A stretch of 64,000 bases of DNA from Trueperaceae bacterium (GCA_034520945.1 JAXHNB010000010.1:96001-160000), one strand, 5' to 3'. Numbered from the stretch's first letter, positions 8,767 through 20,048 are shown. Notes: generated by a model not told the origin, from the sequence alone. A program made the numbers and translations.

Positions 8767-10900
8767 CCTCAAGGGCACCTGCCCCAGCAGCTGCCTCCCC
8801 CAACCGGCAGAGGGCGCATGTCCGCCCCGCTGGTACATGGTCGGAACCCCGAACGTGGGCAAGACGAGCCTCGTCAACGCCCTGGCCGGGAGTCGCTTGG
8901 ACATCGGCAACTGGCCCGGCACCACGGTCGAGGTCGCGTCCGCGGTGGCCCAGCTTCCCTGTGGTCGGGTCACCATGATCGATCTTCCTGGCGCCTACAC
9001 GCTGGCGGGGACCGCGCCGGACGAGGAGGTGCTCCTCCCCGCCCTGAACGCCGACCCCGAGGCGTTCATCGTGAACGTCGTCGACGCCACCAACCTCGCT
9101 CGGGACCTGACGTTGACGCTGGAGTTGGCCGAACTCGGTCGTCCCATGGTCGTGGCGCTCAACCTGGCCGACCGAGCCGCCGCGCGCGGCACGCGGGTGG
9201 ATGCGGCCACCCTGCAACGCCGCTTGGGCGTCCCCGTCGTGGCCGTCCGGGCGCACCTCGGGACGGGCGCGTCCGACATCGTGGCGGCCGTGCGGCGCGC
9301 CTCCGCGTCGCCCTTCCGCGTGCGCTACCCCGCCGCGCTGGACGCGGCGGCCGAACGGCTGTCCACACGCGCGCCGAGCCGCTGGCACGCGGTGGCGGCC
9401 CTCGCGGACGAACTTCCCGTGGCCCCGACGGCCGCCCCCGGCAGGCACGGCGGGCACGCGTCCATCCGCCTTCGGGGCCATGATCGCGACACCTGGACGG
9501 CGGCCGCACAGCGCGAGCGGGACGCGCTCCAGGAGGCCGGCATCGACGCCTTCCTGAGCGTCGTGGAGGCGCGCCACCAGGCGGCGCACGCGTTGGCGAC
9601 GCAGGCCACGAGCGGGGCGAACCTGGGCCGAGACCCGAGCGACCGCATCGACCGCGTGCTGTTGCATCCCGTGGTCGGGCCACTGGCGCTGGTGGCGGGC
9701 CTCGGCGTCGTGTTCCACGCCACCTTCGCGTTGTCGGACCCGTGGGTGGCGTTCCTCGGGACCGTGCAGGCGGTGCTGGCGGGCTGGATCGTCGCGCTGC
9801 CGCTGCCCCCGTTGCTGGGGAGTTTCCTGGCCGGCGCGCTGGTCGAGGGCGTCGGCACGGTGGTGGCGTTCGTGCCGGTCCTGTTCACGCTGTACGCCAT
9901 CCTCGGGTTCCTCGAGAATGCGGGGGTGCTGGCGCGCGTGGCGTACCTGGCCGACGGGCTGATGCGCGCCATCGGCCTGCCGGGGCGTGCGGTGCTGCCG
10001 ATGGTGCTGTCCTTGGGGTGCACCGTGCCGGCGGTGCAGTCCACGCGCATGCTGGAGCGTCGCAGCGACCGGCTGCGGGTGGCCTTGGCCATCCCCTCGA
10101 TTCCCTGCGGGGCGCGGTTGCCGGTGTTCGTACTGCTGGCGGCCGCGTTCGTGCCCGCCTACGCGGGCATGGTCGTCACGGGCCTGTACCTGCTCGGCTT
10201 CGCGATCGCGGTGGCGTCGGCGTTCGCGTTTCGGCGCTTGCTGCCCGGCGACGCCGGCAGCACCGCGATGGAGCTGCCGGCCTACCGCCTGCCGCCCGCC
10301 AGCCTGGTGCTGCGCCTGGCGTGGGTTCGGACGCGCGCCTTCCTGGCCGGCGCGGGCGGCCCGATCCTGGTGGCCGTCGTGATCGTGTGGGCGCTGCTGA
10401 CGCTGAACCTGCCGAACGGCACCAGCGTGTTCGAGGCCGTGGCGCGAACCCTCGCGCCGGCCTTCGCGCCGCTGGGGCTGAACGACTGGCGCGTGGTGGG
10501 GGCGCTGATCCCCGGCGCCGTGGCGAAGGAGGTGGTGATCGGCAGCCTGGCGCTGACGTTCACGGGCGCAGGGGGCACCGAAGCGATGGGGCTCGGATCG
10601 GGGCTGGCCACGATCGGCACGGGCCTTCTGGCCGCCGTGCGGGACACGCTCACGGCGCTGTGGGGCTCGGCACTCGCGACCGAGGCGCCGGACGGCGCCC
10701 TGGGGGCGCGGCTGTCGGCGGCCGTATCCACCGCCGGGGCGCTGGCGTTGATGACGTTCACGCTGCTGTACGTGCCCTGCGTCGCGACCCTCGCCGCCAT
10801 CCGCAAGACGTTCGGTACGCGCTGGGCCCTGTTGTCCGCCGCGCACCAACTGACGGTCGCCTACCTGGCCGCCTGGTTGGTGTTCGTGCTGGCCTCCTGA
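8747..10900 (+). CDS. feoB: Ferrous iron transport protein B
   Basis: G1 GTPNVGKT, G2 GNWPGTTVE, G3 DLPGAY; gate motifs GCTVPA, PCGARLPV, MELPAY, AKEVV, YVPCVAT. Confidence 0.93.
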   Translation: MSCPRCSLKGTCPSSCLPQPAEGACPPRWYMVGTPNVGKTSLVNALAGSRLDIGNWPGTTVEVASAVAQLPCGRVTMIDLPGAYTLAGTAPDEEVLLPALNADPEAFIVNVVDATNLARDLTLTLELAELGRPMVVALNLADRAAARGTRVDAATLQRRLGVPVVAVRAHLGTGASDIVAAVRRASASPFRVRYPAALDAAAERLSTRAPSRWHAVAALADELPVAPTAAPGRHGGHASIRLRGHDRDTWTAAAQRERDALQEAGIDAFLSVVEARHQAAHALATQATSGANLGRDPSDRIDRVLLHPVVGPLALVAGLGVVFHATFALSDPWVAFLGTVQAVLAGWIVALPLPPLLGSFLAGALVEGVGTVVAFVPVLFTLYAILGFLENAGVLARVAYLADGLMRAIGLPGRAVLPMVLSLGCTVPAVQSTRMLERRSDRLRVALAIPSIPCGARLPVFVLLAAAFVPAYAGMVVTGLYLLGFAIAVASAFAFRRLLPGDAGSTAMELPAYRLPPASLVLRLAWVRTRAFLAGAGGPILVAVVIVWALLTLNLPNGTSVFEAVARTLAPAFAPLGLNDWRVVGALIPGAVAKEVVIGSLALTFTGAGGTEAMGLGSGLATIGTGLLAAVRDTLTALWGSALATEAPDGALGARLSAAVSTAGALALMTFTLLYVPCVATLAAIRKTFGTRWALLSAAHQLTVAYLAAWLVFVLAS

Positions 10901-11009
10901 AGCCGCCTTCGGCCCAGGCCCACCCACCTGGGGTGAGGGGCGCCAGCCAACGCCGCCCCTGCGGGACCGCGCCGTCGTCGCATGCGAGCGAGCGGGTAGG
11001 ATCCGGCCC

Positions 11010-11927
11010 GTGTCCCTGGTCGCCAGCGCCCTCGTCCCCCTCACCGTGCTGATCGTTCTGGGCATCGCGCTGAAGCGGAGCCGGTTCCTGCCCGACACGT
11101 TCTGGCCGGGCCTGGACCGGTTGAACTACTGGGTGTTCTTCCCCTCGCTGATCTTCGTGAGCCTGGCCACGACCGAAGGCGGACTGGCGGGCAGCGGGCC
11201 GGTCGCGCTTTCCGTGTGGGGCGGCCTGGGCCTGGTCGCGATCGCGGCGCTGGCGCTGCGCACGCGGCTCGCGGCGGACGGACCGGCGTTCACCTCGGTG
11301 TTCCAGGGGTCGATCCGCTTCAACAGCTACGTCGCCTTCATCGTGCTACCGGTCCTCTACCCGGGGAGCGAGGGGCTGACCGCCCTGCTGGTGGCGCTGA
11401 CGGTGCCGGTCGTGAACGTGCTGTGCGTGAGCGTGCTGGCGCGGCACGGCGCGGGGGCGGCGCTGCGCTGGCGGACGCTGCTGGGCTCCATCGTCACCAA
11501 CCCGCTGATCGTGGCGTCCGTGCTGGGCGTGATCATGGGCCGGTTGGACGTGCCGCTGGGGCCGCTGGCGTCGTCGCTGCAGATGCTGGGCCAGGCCGCG
11601 CTGGCGGCGGGGCTGTTGTCGGTCGGGGCGACGCTGCGGTTCCGGAACGTGCGCAGCGGTTGGCGCCAGGTGCTGGCGTCGATGGCGCTGAAGTTCGCGG
11701 GGCTGCCGCTGGCGACCTGGGCGGTGGCGTCGCTTCTGGGCGTTCGCCCGGAGCTGCTCGGGCCGCTGCTGCTGTTCCAGGCCATGCCGACCGCATCCGC
11801 GTCGTACGTCCTGGCGCGCGCCATGCGCGGCGACGAACGACTGATGGCGGCGATCCTGGCGGTCCACACCCTCGCGGCGCTGGCGTGGTTGCCGGTGGTG
11901 GCTTGGTGGGCCCGCATCGTGGCATGA
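11010..11927 (+). CDS. AEC (auxin efflux carrier) family transporter
   Basis: LNYWVFFPSL, FQGSIRFN, NPLI, MPTA..YVLARAM.GD; many TM helices. Confidence 0.85.
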   Translation: MSLVASALVPLTVLIVLGIALKRSRFLPDTFWPGLDRLNYWVFFPSLIFVSLATTEGGLAGSGPVALSVWGGLGLVAIAALALRTRLAADGPAFTSVFQGSIRFNSYVAFIVLPVLYPGSEGLTALLVALTVPVVNVLCVSVLARHGAGAALRWRTLLGSIVTNPLIVASVLGVIMGRLDVPLGPLASSLQMLGQAALAAGLLSVGATLRFRNVRSGWRQVLASMALKFAGLPLATWAVASLLGVRPELLGPLLLFQAMPTASASYVLARAMRGDERLMAAILAVHTLAALAWLPVVAWWARIVA

Positions 11928-12013
11928 GCGCCGGTCGGCGCCCCTGCCTCCGTGGACCGGCGCCGATCGAGGCGCCGGAGGGGCATCGTACGCCCCTCCG
12001 ACGTGCGGGCGGT

Positions 12014-12325
12014 TCAGTCGTCGTCCGTGACGTCTCCGATCCACGTCAGGGCCCGCATCATGACCGGGAACCCCATGGTGCTGGCGGTCAGGAAGGCGAC
12101 GTGGCGCAACGCATCCTCGCTGATGCCGTCGTCCAGCGCCTGGCGGGCATGGCTGTGCGTCGCGCCCTCGGACCCGGACGCGATCGCGATGGCCAGCTTG
12201 ACCAACCGCCGCTCCCGGTCGTTCAGCGGCCCGGCTTCATGCGCTACCGACGCGAAACGTTCGTAGGCTTCGATCAGTTCCGGGTGGTCGCGTTGTAGGG
12301 CGAGGTACGGCTCGGGCTTGCTCAT
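12014..12325 (-). CDS. Carboxymuconolactone decarboxylase/AhpD-like protein
   Basis: GPLNDRERRLVKLAIAIA..EGATHSH..A...G, GFP; RBS AAGGAGG. Confidence 0.85.
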   Translation of the reverse strand: MSKPEPYLALQRDHPELIEAYERFASVAHEAGPLNDRERRLVKLAIAIASGSEGATHSHARQALDDGISEDALRHVAFLTASTMGFPVMMRALTWIGDVTDDD

Positions 12326-12631
12326 GATGCCTCCTTCTGGTTCTGGCGCGGGGCCGCGTCGCAGGTGGGCGCCGGCGCGCGAGGCCTGGCTGCGCTTGCA
12401 GCGTCGGCCTGAGGTTCACGGTCCGCCGCCGGGACCGGCACGGCGAGCATACGCCCCAGGCAACGCCGAACGAAACGGGACGCACGTCCACGGGGCGGGC
12501 TCCCCGATGCCACGGCCCGTCCGGCCAGCATGACCGCCCGAGTGTAGGGTGCGTGAAGGCCCGTCGACGACCCTGGGCCGGGATGGGGAGAACGCGGTGA
12601 TCACGCCTTGCACGCGTGGCGATCCGCCGGC

Positions 12632-13570
12632 ATGACGAGTCCTGAAGGCACCGCGTGTGCCGGCGGGGCTCGCCGCGCGCTGGCCATCGTCAACCCCGCG
12701 ACGGGCCGAAGGAAGGTCGAGCGCGTTGAGGCCGAGATCGTACAGGCGGCGCTCGGCCACGGACTCGACGTCGAGGTGCGCCGAACGCAACGGCTCGGCG
12801 ACGCGGAGCGGTGGGCGGCCGCAGCGCGGGGCGAGGGGTTCGATCTGCTCATCGTGGCGGGTGGCGACGGCACCGTAGCCGCCGCGCTGGGAGGTTCGGT
12901 CCAGGTCGACGATCCGCTGGCGATCGCCATCGTGCCCCTCGGTACGGGCAACGGACTCGCCCGGGCCCTCCGGATCCCGTTCCGTCCGGGGCCGGCCCTC
13001 CACGCCACGCTGGACGGCCGGGTGGTGGCGCACGACGTCGCGTCGATCGAGCCGTTCGGACACCGCTTCGTCATGTTCTTCGGCGCCGGCTACGACGCGG
13101 ACGTGAACGCCGACGCCAACCGTCACGACAAGCGGAGGTTCGGCTTCATCGCCTACGTGCGGGCGGGGTTGGTGCGCTTGACCGACCGGCGACATCACCG
13201 CGTCACCCTGACGTTGGACGGCCGCACCGTCCGCACCCGCGCGCACACGATCAGCGTGTTCAACGCCGGATCGTTCGCCTTCGGCGACGTGGTCCTGGGC
13301 CCACGTGTGCGGCCCGACGACGGACTTCTCGACGTCACGGTCCTGCGTGAGCCGGGCGCGTGGGGGACCCTGCGGGACGTGACGCGCTTGATCCTCGGGC
13401 GAAGCCGCGATGGCACCTCCTGGCAGGCGCGCAGCATACGCGTGGCGGCGGAACCGCCCTTGCCCGTGCACGCCGACGGCGAGGTGCTGGGCCGAACGCC
13501 GGTCGCCATCACGGTGCTGCCCGTCCGGGCGCGCTTGCTGGCGCCCGTCTCGGGCCGCGCGTCCTCGTGA
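12632..13570 (+). CDS. Diacylglycerol/lipid kinase family (YegS-like)
   Basis: IVNP..G, AGGDGT, PLGTGNGLAR, HADGE. Confidence 0.9.
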   Translation: MTSPEGTACAGGARRALAIVNPATGRRKVERVEAEIVQAALGHGLDVEVRRTQRLGDAERWAAAARGEGFDLLIVAGGDGTVAAALGGSVQVDDPLAIAIVPLGTGNGLARALRIPFRPGPALHATLDGRVVAHDVASIEPFGHRFVMFFGAGYDADVNADANRHDKRRFGFIAYVRAGLVRLTDRRHHRVTLTLDGRTVRTRAHTISVFNAGSFAFGDVVLGPRVRPDDGLLDVTVLREPGAWGTLRDVTRLILGRSRDGTSWQARSIRVAAEPPLPVHADGEVLGRTPVAITVLPVRARLLAPVSGRASS

Positions 13571-13634
13571 GCATGGCGGCCCGCGCCTGGTTGCGCGCTG
13601 GCAGCGGACCCGGGCGACTCTACGGGCGTGGTCC

Positions 13635-14765
13635 CTACGGGCGCGGCACCAACCGCCACACTGAGCCTCGATAGTCGGCGATCAGCAGCTCGCCGTTCGG
13701 CTCCCGTCCGAAGCTGGAGATCGGGAACCCGGCGTCCAGCAGAACCTCCGCCTCCCACCGTTGCGTGTCGACGCTCGACAAAAGGCCCTGGGGACGCGCC
13801 ACCAGGACCTTGCCACCCACGAAGTCGCCGAACAGGTACGACCCCACCAGCTCGGGGATCCGATCGCCAGCGTAGACGTAGCCACCGGTGACGGCGCGGC
13901 CCCAACCGCGTTCGCGGTCGTACGCGATCACGGGGAGGACGGTGCCCTCGGGCGAGCACCCGGGCCACCCGAAACAGGTATCGCCCTCCCACACGTTCCA
14001 GCCGTAGTTGCGTCCACCTCTGCTGCCGGGGGGCTCGCGGTTCACCTCCTCGACCGAGGCTTGTCCGACGTCGGCGATCCACAATGCGCCCTCGGGCCCG
14101 AACGAGAAGCGCCACGGGTTGCGCAGCCCGTACGCCCAGATTTCGTCGCGCGCATTGGCGTGGCCCACGAAGGGGTTGTCGGGCGGGACGCCGTAGGGTA
14201 CCTCGCGCACGTCCAAACGCAGGATGGATCCGTGCAACGTGGCCGGATTCTGCCCGTTTCCGTCGGGGTCGCCCCCGGCTCCCCCGTCGCCGAGCGCCAT
14301 GTACAGGTACCCATCCGGCCCGAACGCCAGCTGCCCGCCGTTGTGGATGGCGCTCGGTTGCGACAGTTGCAGCATGGGGGTCGCCTTTGCGAGCTGGGCG
14401 CGACCGTCGGCCACCGGCATGCGTTGCAGCATGGTGTCCCCGTTCACGTCGGTGTAGTGCACGAACACCTCGGGGGTGTCCGGGGAGTCCGGGTGGAACG
14501 CCAGGCCCAGCAACCCTCGTTCCGTGCTGACGGAGACGTGGTCGCGGAGGTCGAGGAACGGCTCGGGCGCGACCGTGCCGTTCTCGATCACGCGTACCGC
14601 GCCGGTCTGCTCGAGCACGTAGGTGCGGTCGACATCGCTTCCATCGGTGACGATGCCCACCGGACGTTCGAATCCGGTCGCGACGCGTTGGAGGCCGACC
14701 TGCTGCGCTCCCGCGCTGGCGCCGAACGGCCAAGCGCACAAAAGGAGAAGCGGGATCGTGCGCAC
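13635..14765 (-). CDS. PQQ-dependent glucose/sorbosone dehydrogenase (start uncertain)
   Basis: ERGLLGLAFHP, HNGGQLAFGPDG.LY..GDGG, WAYGLRNPWRFSF, ADVGQ; signal peptide from GTG 14765. Confidence 0.88.
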   Translation of the reverse strand: MRTIPLLLLCAWPFGASAGAQQVGLQRVATGFERPVGIVTDGSDVDRTYVLEQTGAVRVIENGTVAPEPFLDLRDHVSVSTERGLLGLAFHPDSPDTPEVFVHYTDVNGDTMLQRMPVADGRAQLAKATPMLQLSQPSAIHNGGQLAFGPDGYLYMALGDGGAGGDPDGNGQNPATLHGSILRLDVREVPYGVPPDNPFVGHANARDEIWAYGLRNPWRFSFGPEGALWIADVGQASVEEVNREPPGSRGGRNYGWNVWEGDTCFGWPGCSPEGTVLPVIAYDRERGWGRAVTGGYVYAGDRIPELVGSYLFGDFVGGKVLVARPQGLLSSVDTQRWEAEVLLDAGFPISSFGREPNGELLIADYRGSVWRLVPRP

Positions 14766-14964
14766 CCACCGACGAGCGTGACGGGGCCAGCGCGCGCGCC
14801 GCACCGGCGGCGCTGCGGCGAGAACCGACGAGGCGAAACGCGTGCTCCATGCATGGCTCGGCGTTGGTGTCACCGTGGACCTCCAGGTTGGGGTTCGTCG
14901 CGCGGCCGGAGGCGGAACGCGGCTTCGGCTGCTGTCGCGACATGCGCGACGATGACACGTACGT

Positions 14965-17900
14965 TCAGTCGGCCGTGCTGGGCTGCTCGTCCAGGAGCTC
15001 GAGGAAGGCCGCGACGATCCGTGGATCGAAGTGTGCGCCTGCTTCGCGCTCGATGTGCTCGTACGCCTGTGCGCGACTCCACGCGGCACGGTACGGCCGG
15101 TCGCTGGTCAGGGCGTCGTACACGTCCGCCACGGCGAAGATGCGTGCGGGCAGCGGGATGTCCTCGCCGAGGAGCCCGCGCGGGTAGCCGCTGCCGTCCC
15201 ACCTCTCGTGGTGGGCGTAGGGAATGTCGAGGGCACGCTCGAGGAACGGGACGCCGGCCAGGAAATCGCGGGCGTGGACCGGATGGCGCTTGATGATCTC
15301 CCACTCTTCGGCGTCCAGTTTGCCGGGTTTCAGGAGGATCGCGTCGGGAATCCCCATTTTTCCGATGTCGTGCAGCAGCGCGCCGCGGCGGACGTCGGCC
15401 AGGGCCTCGCCGCTGAAGCCGAGCTTCCAAGCGAGATCCACGGTGAGTTTGGTGACGCGCTGCGAGTGGCCCGCGGTTTCCTCGTCCTTGAGGTCCAACG
15501 CCCGGGCCCACCCTTCGATGGTTCGGTCGTAGCTCAGTTGAAGCTCGTCCCTGGAGCGCTGCAGGTCGGCGAACAGCTGGGCGTGGTCGATCGCGATGGC
15601 CGCCTGGCGCCCGAGGTCGGCCGCCATGTCGCACCAGGCCTCCTCCATCGCGAGCGGGGAGCGGTGATGCGCCCCGAGAACGCCCTGCAGCTCCCCCTTC
15701 GAGATGAGCGGCACGGCGTAGTACGACACGAACCCTTCCTGTTCGACCAGCTCCTTCGGCACGTCCGGCAGGGCGCTCGTGGACAGGTCGGGCACGCCGA
15801 GCGGTTCGGAATGCAACGCGGCCTGGCCGGCCAGGCCGCTGCCGAGAGCCAAGGGCGTGCCGCGGGGGAGGTGCGTGCGGAAGCCGGCGCCGGCTCCGTA
15901 CCGCAGGTTCGAGGTGACGGGGTCGTACAGGAACACGTCCGCGGCGTCGACCTCGAGCACGCGTTGCGCCTGGGCCACGATCACGTCGAGCGTGGGCTCC
16001 AGGTCCGCGGCCTTGAGGATCGCCTCGTCGATCTTGCTGAAGCGCGCCGATCCGGGAGACCTGCGCGGAGAGATCCCGCGTCAGCGCCTCGTTGCGCCGC
16101 TTCGCCTCGCGCCGTTCGAGGTAGGTGCGCAGCATCTCCGCCAAGGAATCCAAAAGCGCTTGCTCTTCAGAAAGGAACGGGCCGTTCTCGTCTTCGGACG
16201 GCGGAGGCTCTCGCAGGTACGCGACGCGAAGCCGGCCACGCCCTCCAATGTGGGTGACGCAGTCGCTCTCCTGCATCCAGGGGGTTTCGCGGAAGGAAGG
16301 CGTTGCCGCCTCGAAAGCACTGCCGTCCACCTCGTGAAACTCGAAGTGGGCGGCGGTGTGGCGCGGAAAACGCAAGGCCTGCGGCAGGTCGCGGATCAGC
16401 TCGTCGAGTATGGCCTGGAGCGGGGCCTCCTCGTCGCGCAGCAGGACCGACGCTCGGTGCAGCATGCGGAGCTCCTTGACCCGTTCGCCCAGTTCGACCA
16501 GGAGAGCCTTGCGTTCCTCTTCGGCCCGCTTGGGCTCGGTGATGTCGGTGGACGCGCCGAGAAAGACCATGGAGCCGTCGTCGCGGATGGCCCGCGTGAT
16601 GGCTGGTCCAGGTCGGAATGGTGGCACTATCCTTGGTGATCGCCTCGAGTTCGCCGGCCCAGCTGCCCGTTGTCACGACCGTTTCCAAGGCGCGCCGGGT
16701 CTCGGTCGAGGCGTGGGGTGGCACCGTCAGGTCCACCATGCTCTTCCCGAACGCTTCTTGGCGGGTGTAGCCGTACAGGCGTTCGGCGTGCTCGTTCCAG
16801 TAGATGACGCGTTCATCCTGATCTGCGGCGATGACGGCGGTCTCGACCTGCGCCAACAACGAGGCCTGGAACGCCACCTGACGCAGCGCGTCGTGGCGCT
16901 CGGTCATGTCGAGGCCCATCCCGACCACGAACGCGGCGTCGTCCAGCTCGAACCGCCGCGCCGTCACGTAGTACGGGATCGCCGTGCCATCGGCGGCCCG
17001 ATAGTGCGCCTCGACTTCCGCCGCGCCGTCGCGGAACACCCGCTGAATCGCGTCCGCGACCGCGACGCGCTCCTGCAGGAGGTGGCCGGGATCGGTGTCG
17101 GTCAGCTGCGTGGCGGTGCGTCCTGATACGGCCTCAAGCGTTGCGGTTCCACATGACCAGCCGCGCATCTTCGTTCAACAGGATGAACACGCCCGGGAAG
17201 CTGTCGATGGCGGCCTCCAGGATGCGCTTGTGCCACTGACTCTCGGCCTCGGCGCGCTTACGCTCGTCGATGTCGCGCGTGTTCACCACGATGGCGCCTA
17301 CGGCAGGATCGTCCAGCAGGTTGGTGGCGACGGCCTCGCGCCACGCCCATGCGCCGGACGCCTGCAGGAAGCGGTAGGTGAGCGTTCGGGCTGTGCTGCT
17401 GCCGCGGGGCATGGCGTCCAAGGCCTCCCGCACGGCGTCCCGATCGCCTGGATGGATGTACGCGAGCAGGTCCTCCCCTTCCAAGACGTCCGGGGAGAAG
17501 CTCGTGTGCCGCCGGGTCGCATCCCCAAGGTGGATCGTGATCATGCGATAGGCGTGGTCCATGAGCACGATCACGTCGGAACTGTGCTCGATCATGGCGC
17601 GGAACTTGCGTTCGCGGGCCGCGATCGCCTGGTCCTTGCGGCTGCGCTCCAGCGCGTACCCGATCACGCGTGTCAGCACCAGGGCGGTCAACTCACCCTT
17701 GGGCAGGTAGTCCTGCGCGCCCTTGCGGACGGCCTCCAAGGCGACACGGTGGTCGTCCAGGCCGGTCAGGATCACGATCGGCAGGTCCGGCGCCCAACCC
17801 TGTGCGGTGGTGAAGGTCTCCAGCCCTTGGCTGTCGGGGAGCGACAAATCCACCAGAACGATGTCCGGTGGGTCCGATGCCAGTGATCGTTGGGCTGCGG

Positions 17901-18072
17901 CCAGCGTCTCGACGTGGTCCAGCGCGTACGCCGGCTCGCGTTGGTCGCCCAGGAACTCCCGGACCAGGTAGGCGTCGGCGGGGTTGTCCTCGACGAGGAG
18001 GACCCGGATCACGTCAGGCGCGCCACGGTCCGACCCCGCGGCGCCCTGGTGGTCCGAGTGCGGCGGTCGCAC
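14965..18072 (-). CDS. REC-PAS(x3)-GAF-HD-GYP c-di-GMP phosphodiesterase, split by three apparent +1 frameshifts
   Basis: REC (VLLVEDNP, DLSLPDSQG, AQDYLPK) in 17134-18072; PAS segments; HD-GYP (GHSQRV, LHDIGK, HHERWDGSGYP) in 14965-15984; homology continues across shifts at about 17138, 16602 and 16036. Confidence 0.75.
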
Positions 18073-18166
18073 GGCTATCGGACCAGCCCCCGGCGTGGCG
18101 CGCGCACTGCGCGCCTCCTTGCACGTGCCGGCCCGGTGCTCGAGGGGCGGCGGGGGGAACGGAGCG

Positions 18167-18622
18167 TCATGGCGGCCCGTCCCGTGAGGGAAGCCGGACG
18201 GTGCTGAACCAGAAGTCCTCGAGCGTATGCACGACCTGCATGAACTGTTCGTACCCGATGGGCTTGATGATGTAGCTGTTCGCGTGCTGATCGTAGCTTC
18301 GCAGGACGTCCGCTTCTTGGTCGGAGGTGGTGAGCACGACCACGGGAATGCGGCGCAACTCGGGATCGTTCTTGATCTCGACCAGCACCTCGGCGCCGCC
18401 CATCTTCGGCAGGTTCAGGTCGAGGAGCACCAGGTCCGGTTGGACGGCATTCTCGTACCCGGGCGCCCGTCGAAGGTGATCCATGGCGGCCTGGCCGTCC
18501 TGAACGACATGCAGGGTGCAGGGGATCCGGCTCTCTTCGAAGATCTCCTCCACCAGCGTGATGTCGGCCGGGCTGTCCTCCACCAGCAGAATCTCGGCGG
18601 GTCGTGACGCGGTCGAACTCAT
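18167..18622 (-). CDS. Single-domain response regulator (Rcp1-like)
   Basis: ILLVEDSPAD, LLDLNLPK, IPVVVLTTS, ANSYIIKP. Confidence 0.92.
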   Translation of the reverse strand: MSSTASRPAEILLVEDSPADITLVEEIFEESRIPCTLHVVQDGQAAMDHLRRAPGYENAVQPDLVLLDLNLPKMGGAEVLVEIKNDPELRRIPVVVLTTSDQEADVLRSYDQHANSYIIKPIGYEQFMQVVHTLEDFWFSTVRLPSRDGPP

Positions 18623-19713
18623 ACGGCCTCTCCCCCCAGGGTGAAGGCGAAGGTGGCGCCTTCGCCGGGTGCCGAACGCACCCAGATCGTCCCGCCGTGG
18701 TGCTCAGCGATGCGGCGGCACAGGGAAAGTCCGATGCCGCTGCCCTCCGAATGCGTGCCCGGATGCAGTCGTTGGAAGATCGCGAAGATGCGCTCATGGT
18801 AGCGCGGATCGATCCCCGGCCCGTTGTCGCGTACCTCGATCTGCCAGACGTCGCGGGTGCGTTCGGCCGTGACGTGAATTTCGGGCACGGCGTCGCCTCG
18901 GTACTTGATGGCGTTGGCGATCAGGTTCTGGAACAGGAGCGCGATCAGCCGCGGGTGCATGCGTAGCGTGGGCAGCGGGTCGTGCGTCACGCGGGTGCCC
19001 GTCTCTTCGATCAGGTCGGACAGGGGCGTCAGCGCCTCCGCCAACGCGGCCTCCAGCGGCGCCACCTCGGCCGGCTCGTCGCTGCGCGTAACCCGGGAGA
19101 ACGCCAGCAGGTCCTTGATGAGGTGCTGCATCCGGTGGGCCGCCTCGGTCATGAAGCGGATGTAGGTCTGCGCCTTGTCGTCCAACTGCCCTTCGTACCG
19201 TCGGGCGAGGAGTTCTGCGAAGCTGCTGACGGTTCGAAGCGGTTCTTGCAGGTCGTGCGACGCGACGTACGCGAACTGCTCGAGGTCGCGGTTGGAGCGT
19301 TCGAGGTCCCGCGCGTGGGCCTCCAACGCCTTGCGCACTTCACGTTCGCGGGTGATGTCCTCGATCGCGACCAGGATGCGGGCCGGACCCCGTTCCGTGA
19401 GCCGGAGCCGCCGCGCGTTCACGATCATGACCTTGGGCCCGATGCCGGGAAAGTCGTGGCTGACCTCATAATCCTCGACGGTGTCTCCAGCCGAGAGCAC
19501 GTCGTGGTCCAACATCCGCCTCAGGCTGGGGATGTCCCATTGGCCGTTGCCGAGGTCGAACACGAAGCACCCGAGCACGTCGGCCTCTTGCACGGCGAAG
19601 GTCCTGTAGAACGCCCGATTGGCCGTGTCGACGCGGAGATCCTCGTCGAGAAGAAGGATCGGTTGTCGGATCGTCTGTACGATCGCTTCAGCGTACTTCG
19701 GCATGCGCTTCAT
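18619..19713 (-). CDS. PAS sensor histidine kinase
   Basis: H-box FAYVASHDLQEPLR, NLIANAIKY, DNGPGI, FQRLH, GSGIGLS; N-terminal PAS (LGNGQWDIP). Confidence 0.92.
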   Translation of the reverse strand: MKRMPKYAEAIVQTIRQPILLLDEDLRVDTANRAFYRTFAVQEADVLGCFVFDLGNGQWDIPSLRRMLDHDVLSAGDTVEDYEVSHDFPGIGPKVMIVNARRLRLTERGPARILVAIEDITREREVRKALEAHARDLERSNRDLEQFAYVASHDLQEPLRTVSSFAELLARRYEGQLDDKAQTYIRFMTEAAHRMQHLIKDLLAFSRVTRSDEPAEVAPLEAALAEALTPLSDLIEETGTRVTHDPLPTLRMHPRLIALLFQNLIANAIKYRGDAVPEIHVTAERTRDVWQIEVRDNGPGIDPRYHERIFAIFQRLHPGTHSEGSGIGLSLCRRIAEHHGGTIWVRSAPGEGATFAFTLGGEAV

Positions 19714-19859
19714 CTCGTCCACTCCGCCCCAGTACGCATGGCGCTCCCGACCCGAAAAGCATTCGAATCCGTTTAACTGATTGTAGCATGCACGAACCGC
19801 ATAGTCCGTGACCGGGCCAAGGTACGAATCCGCCGTGCCATGCTGTGTCCTTTGCCCGC

Positions 19860-20048
19860 TCAGGCCAGCGGAATGACCATCCCGCTCAGCGTCACGTCGC
19901 CGCCCCCGAACAGGCTCATCGCCAGCCATACGATCAGCCCGATCGCCAGCAAGCCCAGCAGGCCCTTCATCAAGAAGGCCCCGACGCGGAACGCCACGTA
20001 GATCACCACGATCAGAACGACCACACCGACGATGTTCGAAGCTTCCAT
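19860..20048 (-). CDS. Small two-TM membrane protein
   Basis: 62 aa hydrophobic ORF with RBS GAGGAGG. Confidence 0.6.
   Translation of the reverse strand: MEASNIVGVVVLIVVIYVAFRVGAFLMKGLLGLLAIGLIVWLAMSLFGGGDVTLSGMVIPLA

Noticed and set aside
12322..12531. 69-aa ORF upstream of the CMD gene
   Set aside because: Low-complexity sequence with no motif; the CMD gene has its own strong RBS.
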